A stretch of DNA of 64,000 bases from Dehalococcoidia bacterium (GCA_965221385.1 OZ244885.1:1088643-1152642); one strand, 5' to 3'; positions 44,923 to 56,878 are shown, counted from the stretch's first letter. Made by a program: numbers and translations. Notes: a model not told the origin generated them from the sequence alone.

Positions 44923-47879
44923 GGCACCTTGGCTGTCGCGGACGAAAACGCCGGCTCGCTGGTACATTTTGGCGGCGACTTCCATGTCCCGCCGAGTGCG
45001 GAATGTGGGGCTGGTTCGGGTATTGGGGTTGAACAGGGCAAAGTCTTGAGGCGCCAGGTTGTACCTACGGGCATCGTCCTGTAGTTGTTGAGATTGCGTA
45101 AGGTAGAAGGCGAACTCCGCCTGTGGGCTGGGTCGGCCCGTTCCGGTCATGGTGAGCAGGCAGAACTTTATCCTGCTGTCGATACCGGCAAAGACCTTCT
45201 CTCGATTTTCGAAGTCAAAGAGGCTGACCAGGGAGCGGCGGTTCACCAGGTCACCGAAAAATACCTTGGTTGTATCGTCTGTGGCTATCCCTGAAGGCAC
45301 GATGATGCCGGCGCGGCCCGATGGGTGGCAGATTATCCGCGCCGTTTCCGAGAATATGGAGTAGGTATTGACATCGCCGCGTCCGGCCAAAGGAAACCGA
45401 TTGCTGTTGCGAACAAAGCGGCTGACCGACTCTGAATCGTGAACGGCGTCATCAAATGCCTTGGCCAATGCAGGATTGGTGTTGGGCAACCTGTTGATCA
45501 ATCTGCTGCGGGCGGCCTTGTTGGGGGCGTTAGCGATTTCAGGGTCTCGTGTGGCAAAGAACTCCTTCTCCTGGAGCTTGATCCGCTCCCAGGGCGGGTT
45601 GCCCAGCACCACGTCGAAGCCGCCGGCCTCCATTACGTCGGGAAACTCTAGAGGCCAGTGGAAGAATCGTTGCCGTTCCGACGCCCCCATAGCGGCCCCC
45701 ACCAACTTCGCGTTCGCGCTATGGTCCTGTAGGGCATTCCGGACGTTCTGGGTGGTAGGAACCATGTCTACCCCGTCCGAACCTGCCGGCTTAAGCGGAG
45801 CGAAGAAGCCGTAGGTCCACAGGTCGCAGGCCGTCTTGATCTCCCACCATCGGGTGCCCTGCCCACGCAGTTGTTTGTACAGGTCCTCCTTGGCTTTCAC
45901 CTCTGACGGGCTGCGTTCCTCCAACTGGCCGAAGGCTGCGAAGTCCTCGCCCAATTTCGCCGAGGACGATGGAAGTATCTCCAGATTCATGCTCTGCTGT
46001 CCCGTCAACTCCCGCCGGTTGCGATTACGGTAGTCAGTTGCCGCTCTGTTGTCATCGCCGGTAACGGTCCTGTAGGCCCCGTCCGGGATGCCCTCTTCCA
46101 AAACCGTAAAGTCACTGACGCCCACCAGACTATCGCCGCACTTGATGCGATGGTCCAGGAAGCTGAGGGGCAGGCCGGCGGCGTGGCTCTCCAGCCACAA
46201 TGCCACCTTGCACAGGTCCACCGCCAAAGGATTCTTGTCCACGGCATAGATGCAGTTGCGGACCACCTCTCGCAGGGCGGCGCGGTAGTCTGAGGGTGAC
46301 GGCTCGTCCTCACCAGTACGAACCTTCGCCAGCTCCCGTGCGATGCGGCGGGCGGCCGCCAGCAGGAAATGGCCGGAACCCGAAGCTGGATCGCAGACCC
46401 GCAGGCTCAGCAACGCCGCCGCCTTATCCTCCGGCGTAGTGGCCTCATTCAATCGCTCTTCCATCACGGGCGCCAGGGCGCTTTCGACCAGTTCCCGAAC
46501 CAGTTCCGGTGGCGTGTAGTAGGAACCCGTTTCCTTCCGTTCGGTGCCGGCGGCCAGCCTGAAGTGCGCAGGCTCACCAAGGTCATCTCCCAAATCCACA
46601 ACCGGGCGGTAGTCCAGGAGGCTCTCATAAACGGAGCCGAACTCCTCAACGTCCAAATGCGCGTAGTTGACCCGGCGGCGGATGCCCTTGTCACGGAAGG
46701 TAGATAGATGAAGCAGGGTTAGCAGCAGGGACTTGTTGGGGCAGAAAGCCTTCTCGATGTCCTTGCAGGCGCTCGATCCAAACAATTCCCCGTTTAGCGG
46801 AGACATACCCAGGTGGGTCGCGGCTTGTTCATCGCGGAACATGCGGAATGTCTGGGCGAGCCTTTCCCAGAGGTCGCCATGGTTGTCGTCGGCGAAGTTG
46901 CCTTCGGCACGGTCTCGAAGGCTGGAGACGCTGTAGTATCGGTCATATATTGCCTGCGCCTCCAGAGAGGCGCCAGAAGACAACAGCCTGCGCTCCTCGG
47001 TAACCATGAGGAAGAGCATCCGGTACACGAAATTGAGAAGCTGCCTGAAGTACCCTGCTTCTGTGAGCCGGCCGGCGCGGATGGCTTCTCGCAAGGTGTC
47101 GTTGCGAGGATGTCCAACCAATGCCGACCCCAGCTCAGCGAGCGCCAGCTCCACGCCGTGGCGCAAATTCTCCCGCACCCTTCCGCCTTCCTCGATGCCT
47201 TGGGTGTAGTATTGCTCCAACAGGCACTCATGGGGTTCAACGCCGTCGCCAGGAAATCGGCTGGCGTGAAGCAGTCGGTAGAGCACCACGAAATCCCCGT
47301 AGGCATTGCTCTCCAGCATCGAACGGAGATCGAACTCCAAGTAGGTCGGCCTGGACAGGCGAGCGCTATCGCGTAGGAGCCGTAGTTTGGCTCCATTGGA
47401 CACCAGGCCCCAAAGGGTCTCCGAGCGGTTCAGGTAATCCTGAACCAAGGCGTGGGGCGTTCGACGGCTGGCGGTTCCGCGCCGATCCAGGTCCTCTCTG
47501 ATGCCGACGATGTGCAACGGTGGCGCATTCTCGGAGTCATGGATACGGTGAGAAATTGGGAACAACGTACCCCCGACGTCGGCCGAGGCTCTTTGGTATT
47601 CCACATTCGTGAATCCCAACAGCTCCATGAACCCGGTCATCCAGTCTCGCCGGGTTAGCGTCGTTTCGCTCTCCCTGGAATTCTCCAAGCGGGCATCGAA
47701 GGCGACCCAATACTTGCGGGCCGCGTCAAAGGCCTTCCCCGTTTCGTCGGGGAGACGGGAGCCAGGAGGCAGATTGAAGTCCTCAACCGCCTGACCCGCG
47801 ACTCTCCCTTCCTCTGACGCTAGTCGCTCCAGCAAGTCTGGGGGAAACAATCCGCCTTCGATATTGATGGTCGTGTAGC

Positions 47880-50711
47880 TCATGGAGATGCTCCAGCTGG
47901 CGTCAAAACGTAGCACCCAATGATGTCCGGCGGCAGGTGAGGTTCTACCTTAACCTTGGATCCCCTAACGGTTCGCCGCAATCGAGCGTGGGCGCCTTCA
48001 AGGGCCGCAACACGCTCAGCGATAATGCCATTGGCCCAGTCGCCATCCAGCATTCCCAAGGCCCATTCGACGTGCTCGTGACGCTCTGCCTGGGAGATGT
48101 TGGCCACGGGTTCAGCATCGCTGAGAAGCCGGAGGGCTTCATCCTGCAAAGGGGAAAGCCAACGTAACCCATCATCGCCTCGCTGAAATGCAGCCGCGAC
48201 GACTTCCTCGGCGAACTGTTGGCTCTCCGCTTCTATCAGGTATCGCAAACGCAATATAAGCACCGCCGTGCGTCGTTCTACCGCACGGGTGACAATGGCT
48301 CCAGAACGGGAGAAGAGCTGGTCGTTACCTTCAAGGGAACGTGAAAGCACTGATTCTGCCGTGGTTGCGACAATGGGGTGATTGCGCCCCAACAGAGTTA
48401 CTCCCGGCGGGGGTACGCCCTTGAAGGACACCTGCATCGGGAAGGACAACCGCTGGTCTCGCGCAATAATACGGGTCTGCAAATCGCCTGGCGCCAAGGT
48501 GAACACCCCGTCAGTCTTGGTGTCGCGGAGACCTCCGTTGAATCGCTGCACGGCGTTTGCCATGAACCGATACACGTCATCGGCGCTGCCCAACACTGGA
48601 TCCATCTCGGCAAGCTCGCCAGCAACCTCGTCGGGCTGGATTCCGCTTTGGGCGAAATAGGCCCGGGATTTTCCGTCCTTGTCGGCCATTTCCTCCCACG
48701 CCTCATGCAGGCGACTAACTGATGGATCCTCCAGGGCGAGACCGATTTGCTGCCCCTGGCTCGGCCGTCTCAGCAGCACACTGTCCACCAGAGCGTTAAC
48801 TACCTGCTCCGATTCTACAGGCACGGGCACGGAAATGCCGAGGCTTTGGCGGATGGTCTGAGCCTTTCGTAGTAGGACATCAAGGACAACCAAATCGATC
48901 TGGTTGTCCGCTCCGTATAGGAGCACGGTCTTGATTGTGGGCTTGCTCTGGCCAAAGCGATCAACCCTGCCTTCGCGCTGCTCCAGACGATTTGGGTTCC
49001 AGGGAAGATCATAGTGAACCACGGCGTCGTAGTGGTCCTGTAGGTTTACGCCCTCGCTCAGACAATCCGTAGCCACCAGGACTCTCACCGGCTGTTTTGC
49101 CAACTCCAAGACGATTTCCTTGCGTTGCTCGCTGTCGCCTGCATTACCGGTTACTGCCTTGACCGTGAGGCCCCCGTGACTGCTTTCCAATGACTGCTGA
49201 ATGTGCTCTGCTACGTAGTGGGCGGTCTGAATGAAGCGGCAGTACACTATGGGCCTGTATCCCTCGCCCAGAAGTTCGGATACAATCTTGGCGGTTTCTC
49301 GGACTTTGGCGTCCTTGCCAGGTTTGGCCAGGTCATCGGCGCGTTTCAGGAAATCGTCCAATCTCCGAATTTCGCGGGGCCCAAGAGAGCCGCTGTGGTC
49401 GTCCTCGTGGGTCGCTGGAACATAATCGGTGGCCTGTTCCTCATCGACGGAATCCATTAGTTGCTGGCCAAATGAATCGTCAGGCGCGAATCCGTTCTGT
49501 CGTCCGGACGTGGGCGGTTTGCGGTTCTGTAGCGCGGCCCGGGCGGCCCAGGGGCTGGACAAGACACAACGTAGGATCGACAGAGCCGCCCAGTAACGGA
49601 CTCTCTGGCGTTGGTCCTGCACGCCTGAACCGGAAACCTGCTCCCGGCAATAGGACAGTATGTCTTCGTACAGCCTGTGATAATCCGCCGACATCCTATA
49701 GCTCCGTTCGACAGCCTCCCTTTGGGGGAACGGCGTGTCAACTCCCAGCCAGCGTTCCAGGTCAATCCTCCTCCGCTGAATGAAATGAGGCAGCAACTTT
49801 TGGCGGGGAACCTCCGTACCGTCGGGCGGATCGAAGCTGGTATCGATGATACCGAGGAGGGACCTGAAGCTCTCCTCAATTCCGCTATGGGGAGTAGCGG
49901 TGGTAAGGATCAGGTGCCTGTTCGAGTCCTGCGCCAAATCCCGCAGCAGCGCATACCGTTGGTGTTGAGACCCTCCCCGGTCACCCCTCGGTCGTGCGGC
50001 GGTGTGGGCTTCATCCATAACAATAAGGTCTGGCGCATTATCCAAGAATCGCTGACGATTTCGGTCCGATTTTACGAAATCTATGCTTACTACGAGGTGG
50101 CGGTAGTGCTGATAGAGAGACACGTCTCCGCGAGGTAAGGCTCGCTCCAACCTCGCGATTCTGGAAGACTGGACAACAGCCGCTTGGATGTTGAATTTCG
50201 TGCGTAGCTCCTCCTCCCACTGCTCGCAGAGGTGTGGAGCGCACAGAACACCAACCCGACGCACAACTCCTCGGTCCAACAGCTCTCGCGCAATCATCCC
50301 AGCCTCAATGGTTTTCCCGATGCCAACGTCATCCGCGATCAGTAGGCGAACGGGATCGAGGCGAAGCGCCATGATTAGAGGAACAAACTGGTATGGGCGT
50401 GGAACAACGGAAAGCCGCCCCATCGACCGGAAAGGGCCGGCGCCGCTCCTCAGTCCGAGCCGCACCGCATCCCGAAGCAGAAGCGCCCCGGTAAAGTCTC
50501 CAGCCGAATTCGGGTCAGGTTGCTGGTACTCCGAATGCTTTAAGGCCGTCGGTTCCAGGGGCAGATAGACCCCTATGGCATCCTCGTCGGAGCCGTCAAT
50601 GGGTCGCAGTCTGGCCACGTTTGGTTCATCAGGCGGCAAAACCACCCAGTCCCGGCCGCGCGCGCGGACCAACTGCCCTGGCGTCCACTTGCTCTCCTGC
50701 CGTGAAGCCAC
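47880..50711 (-). CDS. drmD: SNF2-family helicase, DrmD-like
   Basis: LIADDVGIGKTIEAG, VMDEAHT, TATPHSG, helicase C ..LATDCLSEGVNLQ..REGRVDRFGQ; ATGA overlap with the MTase start. Confidence 0.8.
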   Translation of the reverse strand: MASRQESKWTPGQLVRARGRDWVVLPPDEPNVARLRPIDGSDEDAIGVYLPLEPTALKHSEYQQPDPNSAGDFTGALLLRDAVRLGLRSGAGPFRSMGRLSVVPRPYQFVPLIMALRLDPVRLLIADDVGIGKTIEAGMIARELLDRGVVRRVGVLCAPHLCEQWEEELRTKFNIQAAVVQSSRIARLERALPRGDVSLYQHYRHLVVSIDFVKSDRNRQRFLDNAPDLIVMDEAHTAARPRGDRGGSQHQRYALLRDLAQDSNRHLILTTATPHSGIEESFRSLLGIIDTSFDPPDGTEVPRQKLLPHFIQRRRIDLERWLGVDTPFPQREAVERSYRMSADYHRLYEDILSYCREQVSGSGVQDQRQRVRYWAALSILRCVLSSPWAARAALQNRKPPTSGRQNGFAPDDSFGQQLMDSVDEEQATDYVPATHEDDHSGSLGPREIRRLDDFLKRADDLAKPGKDAKVRETAKIVSELLGEGYRPIVYCRFIQTAHYVAEHIQQSLESSHGGLTVKAVTGNAGDSEQRKEIVLELAKQPVRVLVATDCLSEGVNLQDHYDAVVHYDLPWNPNRLEQREGRVDRFGQSKPTIKTVLLYGADNQIDLVVLDVLLRKAQTIRQSLGISVPVPVESEQVVNALVDSVLLRRPSQGQQIGLALEDPSVSRLHEAWEEMADKDGKSRAYFAQSGIQPDEVAGELAEMDPVLGSADDVYRFMANAVQRFNGGLRDTKTDGVFTLAPGDLQTRIIARDQRLSFPMQVSFKGVPPPGVTLLGRNHPIVATTAESVLSRSLEGNDQLFSRSGAIVTRAVERRTAVLILRLRYLIEAESQQFAEEVVAAAFQRGDDGLRWLSPLQDEALRLLSDAEPVANISQAERHEHVEWALGMLDGDWANGIIAERVAALEGAHARLRRTVRGSKVKVEPHLPPDIIGCYVLTPAGASP

Positions 50712-50819
50712 GCGATTACCTACCTATTTTCCAAGTCTTTGTGCCATCGTTTGACATCATCAAATTATTACCTTAATATTGCAACACGCTTCACTAACCC
50801 AGCGACGGAACCTGCCGTG

Positions 50820-51656
50820 ATGACCACCGACACCAAGCCCAAGCAAACATTGGTAGGGATCGAACTCATCCGATTGCTTACCTCCGAGGGCGACCGTATC
50901 TTCACCATCGAACGGGCTCGCGAGTTGGCGCCCCGTGTCGGGCTGAGAGATTCCTATCTTCGGGAGGCATTGTACCACCTTCGCCAGAACGGATGGATAG
51001 TCTCCCTACGACGGGGACTGTATGCCCTTTGCCCGACGATTCCAGGCGTGCCGGCTGCGCACGAGTACGAAATCGCCACGTTTCTGGTGACGCCTGCAGC
51101 CATCTCCCATTGGTCAGCCTTGAGCTATCACGGCCTCACCGAGCAGCCGCCTAGGACTGTCTTCGTATCGACCACCACGCAGGCTTCCGTTCCCCGGTCC
51201 AGGCGAAACGATGCGGACCGCCTTGACCAGGGCTATGAAGTCCTGGGTACAGCATACCAATTCATTCAACTCAAGCCGGAACGCTACTTTGGGGCTGAAA
51301 AGGTTTGGCTCAACGACGCCCGGGTGAGGATTACCGACCTGGAACGCACACTGCTGGACGCGCTATCCATGCCCCAACACTGCGGCGGATTTGCCGAGGC
51401 CCTCCACGCCTTTCGTTCAGTGACGGACAGGTTGGACATCGACCGGATCGTGGGTTATGCCCTCCAGCTCGATGGAGCTACCGCCAAGCGTCTCGGCTGG
51501 GTTTTGGAGCAAGACGGGATAGATTCACCGCAACTGGATGTCCTCGCCGACTTCCCAGTCAGGGGATACACGCGGCTCGACCCAACCGGGCCCAGAAAAG
51601 GGAAGTGCGGCGGGCGGTGGATGATTCAGGAGAACCTGCCCGGAATGCTTGCATGA
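50820..51656 (+). CDS. abiEi: AbiEi-family antitoxin/transcriptional regulator
   Basis: ..LRRGLYAL.. ISHWSALSYHGLTEQ .. DLERTLLDAL pattern. Confidence 0.75.
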   Translation: MTTDTKPKQTLVGIELIRLLTSEGDRIFTIERARELAPRVGLRDSYLREALYHLRQNGWIVSLRRGLYALCPTIPGVPAAHEYEIATFLVTPAAISHWSALSYHGLTEQPPRTVFVSTTTQASVPRSRRNDADRLDQGYEVLGTAYQFIQLKPERYFGAEKVWLNDARVRITDLERTLLDALSMPQHCGGFAEALHAFRSVTDRLDIDRIVGYALQLDGATAKRLGWVLEQDGIDSPQLDVLADFPVRGYTRLDPTGPRKGKCGGRWMIQENLPGMLA

Positions 51657-52531
51657 TGAGACCACTACACACCCGTCTTCAAGAAGCCCGCCAACGCCTG
51701 GGCCTACCATGGGAAGTCCTGGAGCGTGACTACCTGCTGTCGTGGGTCTTGGCAGGGATAGCGCGAACGCCGGCCCTCCGCGACTCTCTGGCATTCAAAG
51801 GCGGCACGGCCCTCAAGAAGTGCTACTTCAGGGACTATCGCTTTTCCGAAGATTTGGACTTCACGGGACTGGACAGCGCCCCTACTGGGGAGGCGATGGA
51901 AGGGGCCATGAAAGAAGCCATCGAGAGTGCGTTGGAGTTGCTAGAGGAATATGCCCCCATCGTTCTGGAATGCCAAAGGTACTCGGAGCGGGAGCCGCAC
52001 CCAGGCGGTCAAGAGGCTTTCGTCATACGCGCTCAGATGCCGTGGCAGAACCAGCCCCAGACCCGAATCATGGTGGAGGTAACGCTTGACGAGAAGGTTT
52101 TCTGGCCGATGGAAAGACGGCAAGTCGTCCACGAATACGGCGAGCCTCTGGAGGCTGAGGTCCTGATCTACTCGCTGGAAGAGGTGGTGGCCGAGAAGCT
52201 GCGGGCAATCCTCCAGCACGCGGATACACTGGAACGGCGGGGCTGGAGCCGTTCCAGGGCACGGGACTACTACGACCTTTGGCGTGTGTTGGGAACTCAC
52301 CGACAACGGTTGGATCTGACCGAGTTCGACGCCAATCTGCGGGACAAATGCGCTCTCAGGAATGTGGCATTCACCGGGCCGGCTGATTTTTTCGCTCCTC
52401 GAATGATGGGCTATGTCCGCGAAACGTGGCGACAGTCGTTAGGCCCACTGGTCCCAAACCTGCCTGCCTTCGATGCGGTTATTGAAGACCTACGCCCGCA
52501 AGTTTCGGGACTCATGGCGGGCGACGACTAG
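51653..52531 (+). CDS. abiEii: AbiEii/AbiGii-family nucleotidyltransferase toxin
   Basis: LAFKGGTALKKCYFRDYRFSEDLDFT; ATGA overlap with abiEi. Confidence 0.8.
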   Translation: MMRPLHTRLQEARQRLGLPWEVLERDYLLSWVLAGIARTPALRDSLAFKGGTALKKCYFRDYRFSEDLDFTGLDSAPTGEAMEGAMKEAIESALELLEEYAPIVLECQRYSEREPHPGGQEAFVIRAQMPWQNQPQTRIMVEVTLDEKVFWPMERRQVVHEYGEPLEAEVLIYSLEEVVAEKLRAILQHADTLERRGWSRSRARDYYDLWRVLGTHRQRLDLTEFDANLRDKCALRNVAFTGPADFFAPRMMGYVRETWRQSLGPLVPNLPAFDAVIEDLRPQVSGLMAGDD

Positions 52532-52775
52532 GGGCAAATCGGAGGCCGCTACCCCTAGGTTGACCGTCCGGTGGCACCGATGGGTTGCGTCCCACCAATG
52601 GCAGGTGGTTGAAAGTGGTGGAAACGGGATGCAGCAGGAATCCGGACTGCCCCACAGGTGGTGCGGGGATGCTGACTGCGCTGGACGCGCCCGATTGCTG
52701 CCTCACGTCAATCCGCTTCCAACCCCGCTACCCAGGAATACCGCAGCTTTTGGTGGTGATTGACTGACCAATAAC

Positions 52776-54002
52776 TTGGCGCAAGAGGTCGTTAGGGGCA
52801 TGAGGGAAGCGGCCTCCCGTGGCTTCTGGATGACCACCAACGCCCCCTACGGCTACCAACGGGTTTACGTCCAGGACGGCGCCAAGAAGCGACCCCGTTT
52901 GGCCCTGAATCCCCCGCACGACGCCGTGGTCCGCCGCATCTTCGATCTCACCCTCCAGGGCAAGACTTCCCTGGACATCCTGAAGACCCTCAACGGCGAG
53001 GGCATCCCCTCGCCCATGGGAAAGCAGTGGCGCAAGACCACCGTTCACAAGGTGTTGGGCAACGAAGCCTACACGGGAACACTGGTCTGGGGCGAAAACG
53101 CCAAGGACAACGCCCCGCCGGTGCGGGTGGAGAACGCCTTTCCCGCCATCGTGACGAAGGGAGAGTTCGCCCGGGTCCGCAGCCTCTTGGAGTCCCGCGC
53201 CCCCAAGGTAACCCACCCTCGGCGGGCCGCCAGTCCCTACCTGCTGAGCGGGCTGGCAAAGTGTGAGACCTGCGGCAAGGCCCTGACTGCCGCCGAAGCC
53301 AAGAGCGGCAAGTACACCTACTACGTCTGCCAATCCATGCTCAAGCTGGGCAAGGATGCCTGCAACTGTCCCCGGCTGAATGCCAAAGACTTCGAACAGC
53401 TCATCATCTCCACCCTTCGGGAACACATCCTCACCGAGTCCAACATACGAGATTTGGTCAAGATGTTGGATGAGGAGATGGACGGCGTGGCCAGGGATCA
53501 AAGGGACCGGCTGGAGACGGTGGAGGCGGAACTGGCCGAGGTTCGGCGGAAGATGGACCGCATCTGGTATTTTGTAGAGAACACCAAACTGGACATGGCC
53601 GACGCCTCGGAGCGCATCCTAGAACACCGCCACCGGCGGGAGCATCTGGAAGCGGCCGCCGAGGAAGCCAGGGCCGTCCTGGCGGAACGGAGGCAGTTGC
53701 TGGACAGCGCCGACGTGATCGCCGCCTTCGCCACCGAGATGGGGGAGTTCCTGCGCACCAGCGAGATCACCGAGACGCGGGCCTTCATCCGGTCATTCGT
53801 GAAGGAGGTGACAGTGGTTGCCGGCAAAGCCACCATCATCTACACAATCCCCACCCCCAAGGACAGCCCCATCAGGGGAGCGGACATGGCGGAAGTGGCT
53901 TTGAATGGAGGTTTTCGCAGTACAATACATGATGGTGGGCCGTGTGGGGGTCGAACCCACGACACCCGGATTAAAAGTCCGGTGCTCTGCCGACTGAGCT
54001 AA
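52776..54002 (+). pseudogene. Element A large serine recombinase, C-terminal fragment (continuation of 11232..11654)
   Basis: Starts (L)AQEVVRGMREAASRGFW..; recombinase domain, zinc-ribbon-like CETCG..C..C and a coiled coil. The last ~23 codons are translation through the antisense of tRNA-Lys, so the true end is uncertain. Confidence 0.85.
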
Positions 54003-54008
54003 CGGCCC
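53933..54008 (-). tRNA. tRNA-Lys(UUU): tRNA-Lys (anticodon UUU), encoded CCA
   Basis: Hand-folded cloverleaf: acceptor GGGCCGU/ACGGCCC, D arm GCUC/GAGC, anticodon stem CCGGA/UCCGG with loop CUUUUAA, T arm GUGGG-UUCGACC-CCCAC. Confidence 0.9.
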
Positions 54009-54102
54009 TATTCAACATCAACCTACATTGTAGCATACGACCAATCTCCCACTACCTTGAACATTCGCCGAACCGGCCTACCCGGGTTAGATACCATGGT
54101 CG

Positions 54103-54402
54103 TCAGCCAGACTGTAGCAGGTTGGGACGGATCCGAGTGTTCCAGTTGTCCTCTTCTCCAGCATTTCGCAACTGTTCTACCAGCTCCGCCGTTTCCTGCC
54201 CCACCGATTGGCGCAGTTCTTGAACCGACCGGCTACCGGCCAGCACAACCACCGCCGACCGCAGCTTCATCACATACTCAGCTACTTCATAGGCCGCTCG
54301 GTCTGATGCGGAACGAGACTGGAGGGCTTCCAGTTTCTCCAGCCATTCCAACCCCCTTTCAGCGTCTTCAAACCTGTCGTCAAGCGCATTGGTAGTCGTC
54401 AA
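54103..54402 (-). CDS. Hypothetical helical protein
   Basis: 99-aa ORF with coding-like composition. Confidence 0.45.
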   Translation of the reverse strand: MTTTNALDDRFEDAERGLEWLEKLEALQSRSASDRAAYEVAEYVMKLRSAVVVLAGSRSVQELRQSVGQETAELVEQLRNAGEEDNWNTRIRPNLLQSG

Positions 54403-54808
54403 CTCGATTCCTCCCGTTTCGGATTCACCGGGTATTTCATGGCTTCAATTGCGGGATCGCCGCCATGTCCAACCCCGTCCATCATGCATCATCCAGTTCG
54501 ATGTAAGAATAGGCTCCATTCTACACCCTTTGAGTATGGATTTCCGTCTTCGCCAGCACCCGACTACCTGCGAACCCAGTTACGAATTCCTGCCCCCATA
54601 CCACTTTGAGCTCAATCTAACTTGCGTGGGGGAGCGGCCGCCCTTCGGCAACATGCAGGCCGGATGGGCGTGTCACTTTGCGGGCAACTGTACTTGGCAT
54701 CCGGGGCGTTGCGATTGCCCTTTCCGACTGTGGATAGTACCATCTGGCCAGGACAAACCATCGACCCTGGCAGTTTTTTCGACCAACTGCTGACGGAAGT
54801 GTTGCGCA

Positions 54809-55981
54809 ATGACCGCCAACCTGCTTCTTCCCGACAATCGCCCGACCCGCGACCAGATAATTGCCCGCGCTGCCGGACTCGTCCCGACATTGAAGGAACG
54901 CGCCGCCTACACCGAAGAGATTCGCCGAGTGCCCGCGGAAACTGTAGCCGCCCTGCTGGAAGCGGATTTGCACTTGATCGGCGTCCCGGTGCAGTTCGGC
55001 GGGTTGGACGTTGATTATGGCCTGGGTCACGAGGTTGGTATGGAACTGGCCCGCGGCTGCGTCTCCACCTCCTGGTGTTACTCCCTTTGGGTTGCCCATT
55101 CCTGGTTGGTGGGGTATTGGCCCATGGAGGCACAGATGGAGGTCTTTGGGGATGGACCCAATGCCCTCTGTTCCAGTTCCCTCAGTCCTGGCAAATCCAC
55201 CTGCACACCCGTCAAGGGAGGGTATCGCCTGTCGGGCCGTTGGGAGTTTTCGAGCGGTTGCGATTCTGCCTCTTGGGTTATGCTCGGCGTGTCCGGCATC
55301 GGCAGTCGCAACTGGGTTCTGGCGCCAAGGGAAGACTTCGAAATTATCGACACCTGGCACGTTTCCGGACTCCGGGGCAGCGGCAGCAAGGACATCGCGG
55401 TAGAAGATGCCTTTATTCCCTTCCATCGAGTGCTGGATGTTGCCGCCGCCGGTGATACCGACTTCAGCGGCTGGGAGCAGCACGGCCAGGGCCGGTATCG
55501 AGTGCCGATTCCGGTTCTGCTGGGGTGGGATCTGGTGGCGCCCATGATCGGATTGGCTCGGGGGATGATCGACGAGTTCGTGGCGAAACTGACCGGCACC
55601 ACCGGACCGGGTCGCACGGCCGACTCCGCCGCCATTCATTTGCGCCTTTCCCAGGCCGCCGCCGAGGTGGACGCTGCCCAGGTTCTCATGGAGCGGGATG
55701 TGGAAAAAATTCTTAAGAAGGGCGAAGCCGGTGAACCCTTCAGCGTCTTGGAGCGGGCCAGGTACCGGCGGGATAAGGCCTTCTGCACTCAATTGGGACT
55801 CCGGGCTGCCAATGGACTGTTCGACCTTAGCGGCGGCCACGCCCTGTTCGATTCGGAACCCATGCAGAGGTTCCACCGGGATGCTCAGGCGGTGGCCCAC
55901 CGGGACGGTTTGATAATGGACCTGGGAGGCCAGTCCTTCGGCCGGGTTATGTTGGGGCTGGAACCCGATGGCTCCATCTGA
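54809..55981 (+). CDS. Acyl-CoA dehydrogenase-fold flavin-dependent monooxygenase/dehydrogenase
   Basis: ..GGYRLSGRWEFSSG.. and ..TWHVSGLRGSGS.. blocks typical of the ACAD-like two-component oxygenase family. Confidence 0.7.
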   Translation: MTANLLLPDNRPTRDQIIARAAGLVPTLKERAAYTEEIRRVPAETVAALLEADLHLIGVPVQFGGLDVDYGLGHEVGMELARGCVSTSWCYSLWVAHSWLVGYWPMEAQMEVFGDGPNALCSSSLSPGKSTCTPVKGGYRLSGRWEFSSGCDSASWVMLGVSGIGSRNWVLAPREDFEIIDTWHVSGLRGSGSKDIAVEDAFIPFHRVLDVAAAGDTDFSGWEQHGQGRYRVPIPVLLGWDLVAPMIGLARGMIDEFVAKLTGTTGPGRTADSAAIHLRLSQAAAEVDAAQVLMERDVEKILKKGEAGEPFSVLERARYRRDKAFCTQLGLRAANGLFDLSGGHALFDSEPMQRFHRDAQAVAHRDGLIMDLGGQSFGRVMLGLEPDGSI

Positions 55982-56029
55982 CCGTTGTTTTCGGGCAAGC
56001 GGCCCGAGGAGCGGGGGAACCGCTAGCAG

Positions 56030-56878
56030 TTGCCGAGCAAGCCAGCGCCCCGGGCCTTCCCTTGCCGGGTGATCATGTTCTTTGAACCTTCCTATATTGT
56101 ATGTCTGACCAGTCGGGTTCAGGGGCAGCTGGTTAGGCAGCTCACTGTTTCTCTGCGCGGGGCGTTGCACCGTATTCTGCTTTCCCTGAGGGACCTGGCT
56201 CCTATAATAGTGGTGATAGCCTTCTTCGAGGTGGTGGTATTCGACGACCCCTTTCCCAACTTCTGGGGGGTAATGGTTGGCCTGCTCTGCGTGGTGGGGG
56301 GATTGGCCCTGTTCATGCAGGGACTGGAGTATGGCCTGTTTCCCCTGGGCGAGAGCCTGGCCCATGCCTTCGCGACCAAGCGCAGCCTGGTTGCTCTGCT
56401 GTCCTTCGCCTTCTTCCTGGGTTTCGGAGCCACCATAGCCGAGCCCGCCCTGATCGCCATTGCCGATGAGGCGGCCCAGGTGGCCGCCCAGGGATCGGCC
56501 ATAGCAGATACCCTCCAGGCGCGCTCCCGTTACGCCTTCAACCTGCGGCTGGTGGTGGCCGTGTCCGTTGGCATTGCGGTGATGATTGGCGTGTTGCGCA
56601 TCCTCAAGGGCTGGCCCATTCACCGGCTCATCATCGCCGGATACCTGATGGTAACGCTGATGACCCTCTTCGCCCCGCCGGAAATTGTGGGCATCGCCTA
56701 CGATTCCGGCGGCGTAACCACCAGCACCATGACGGTGCCCCTGGTCACCGCCCTGGGGGTGGGTCTGGCGTCCAGCATCAAGGGGCGCAACCCCTTGGTG
56801 GACGGCTTCGGGTTGATTGCCTTCGCCAGCCTGACACCCATGATCTTCGTCATGGCCTACGGTATGGTGGCAGCATGA
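56030..56878 (+). CDS. DUF1538 membrane protein
   Basis: ..LFPLGESLA.., [28 protein letters not shown]; start uncertain (alternative MFFEPS at 56075). Confidence 0.7.
   Translation: MPSKPAPRAFPCRVIMFFEPSYIVCLTSRVQGQLVRQLTVSLRGALHRILLSLRDLAPIIVVIAFFEVVVFDDPFPNFWGVMVGLLCVVGGLALFMQGLEYGLFPLGESLAHAFATKRSLVALLSFAFFLGFGATIAEPALIAIADEAAQVAAQGSAIADTLQARSRYAFNLRLVVAVSVGIAVMIGVLRILKGWPIHRLIIAGYLMVTLMTLFAPPEIVGIAYDSGGVTTSTMTVPLVTALGVGLASSIKGRNPLVDGFGLIAFASLTPMIFVMAYGMVAA

Noticed and set aside
53933-54002. The last ~23 residues of ORF 52776..54002 as a genuine protein domain
   Set aside because: This stretch is the antisense of a canonical tRNA-Lys, so its openness is most simply fortuitous. It is kept only as a note on the recombinase fragment.
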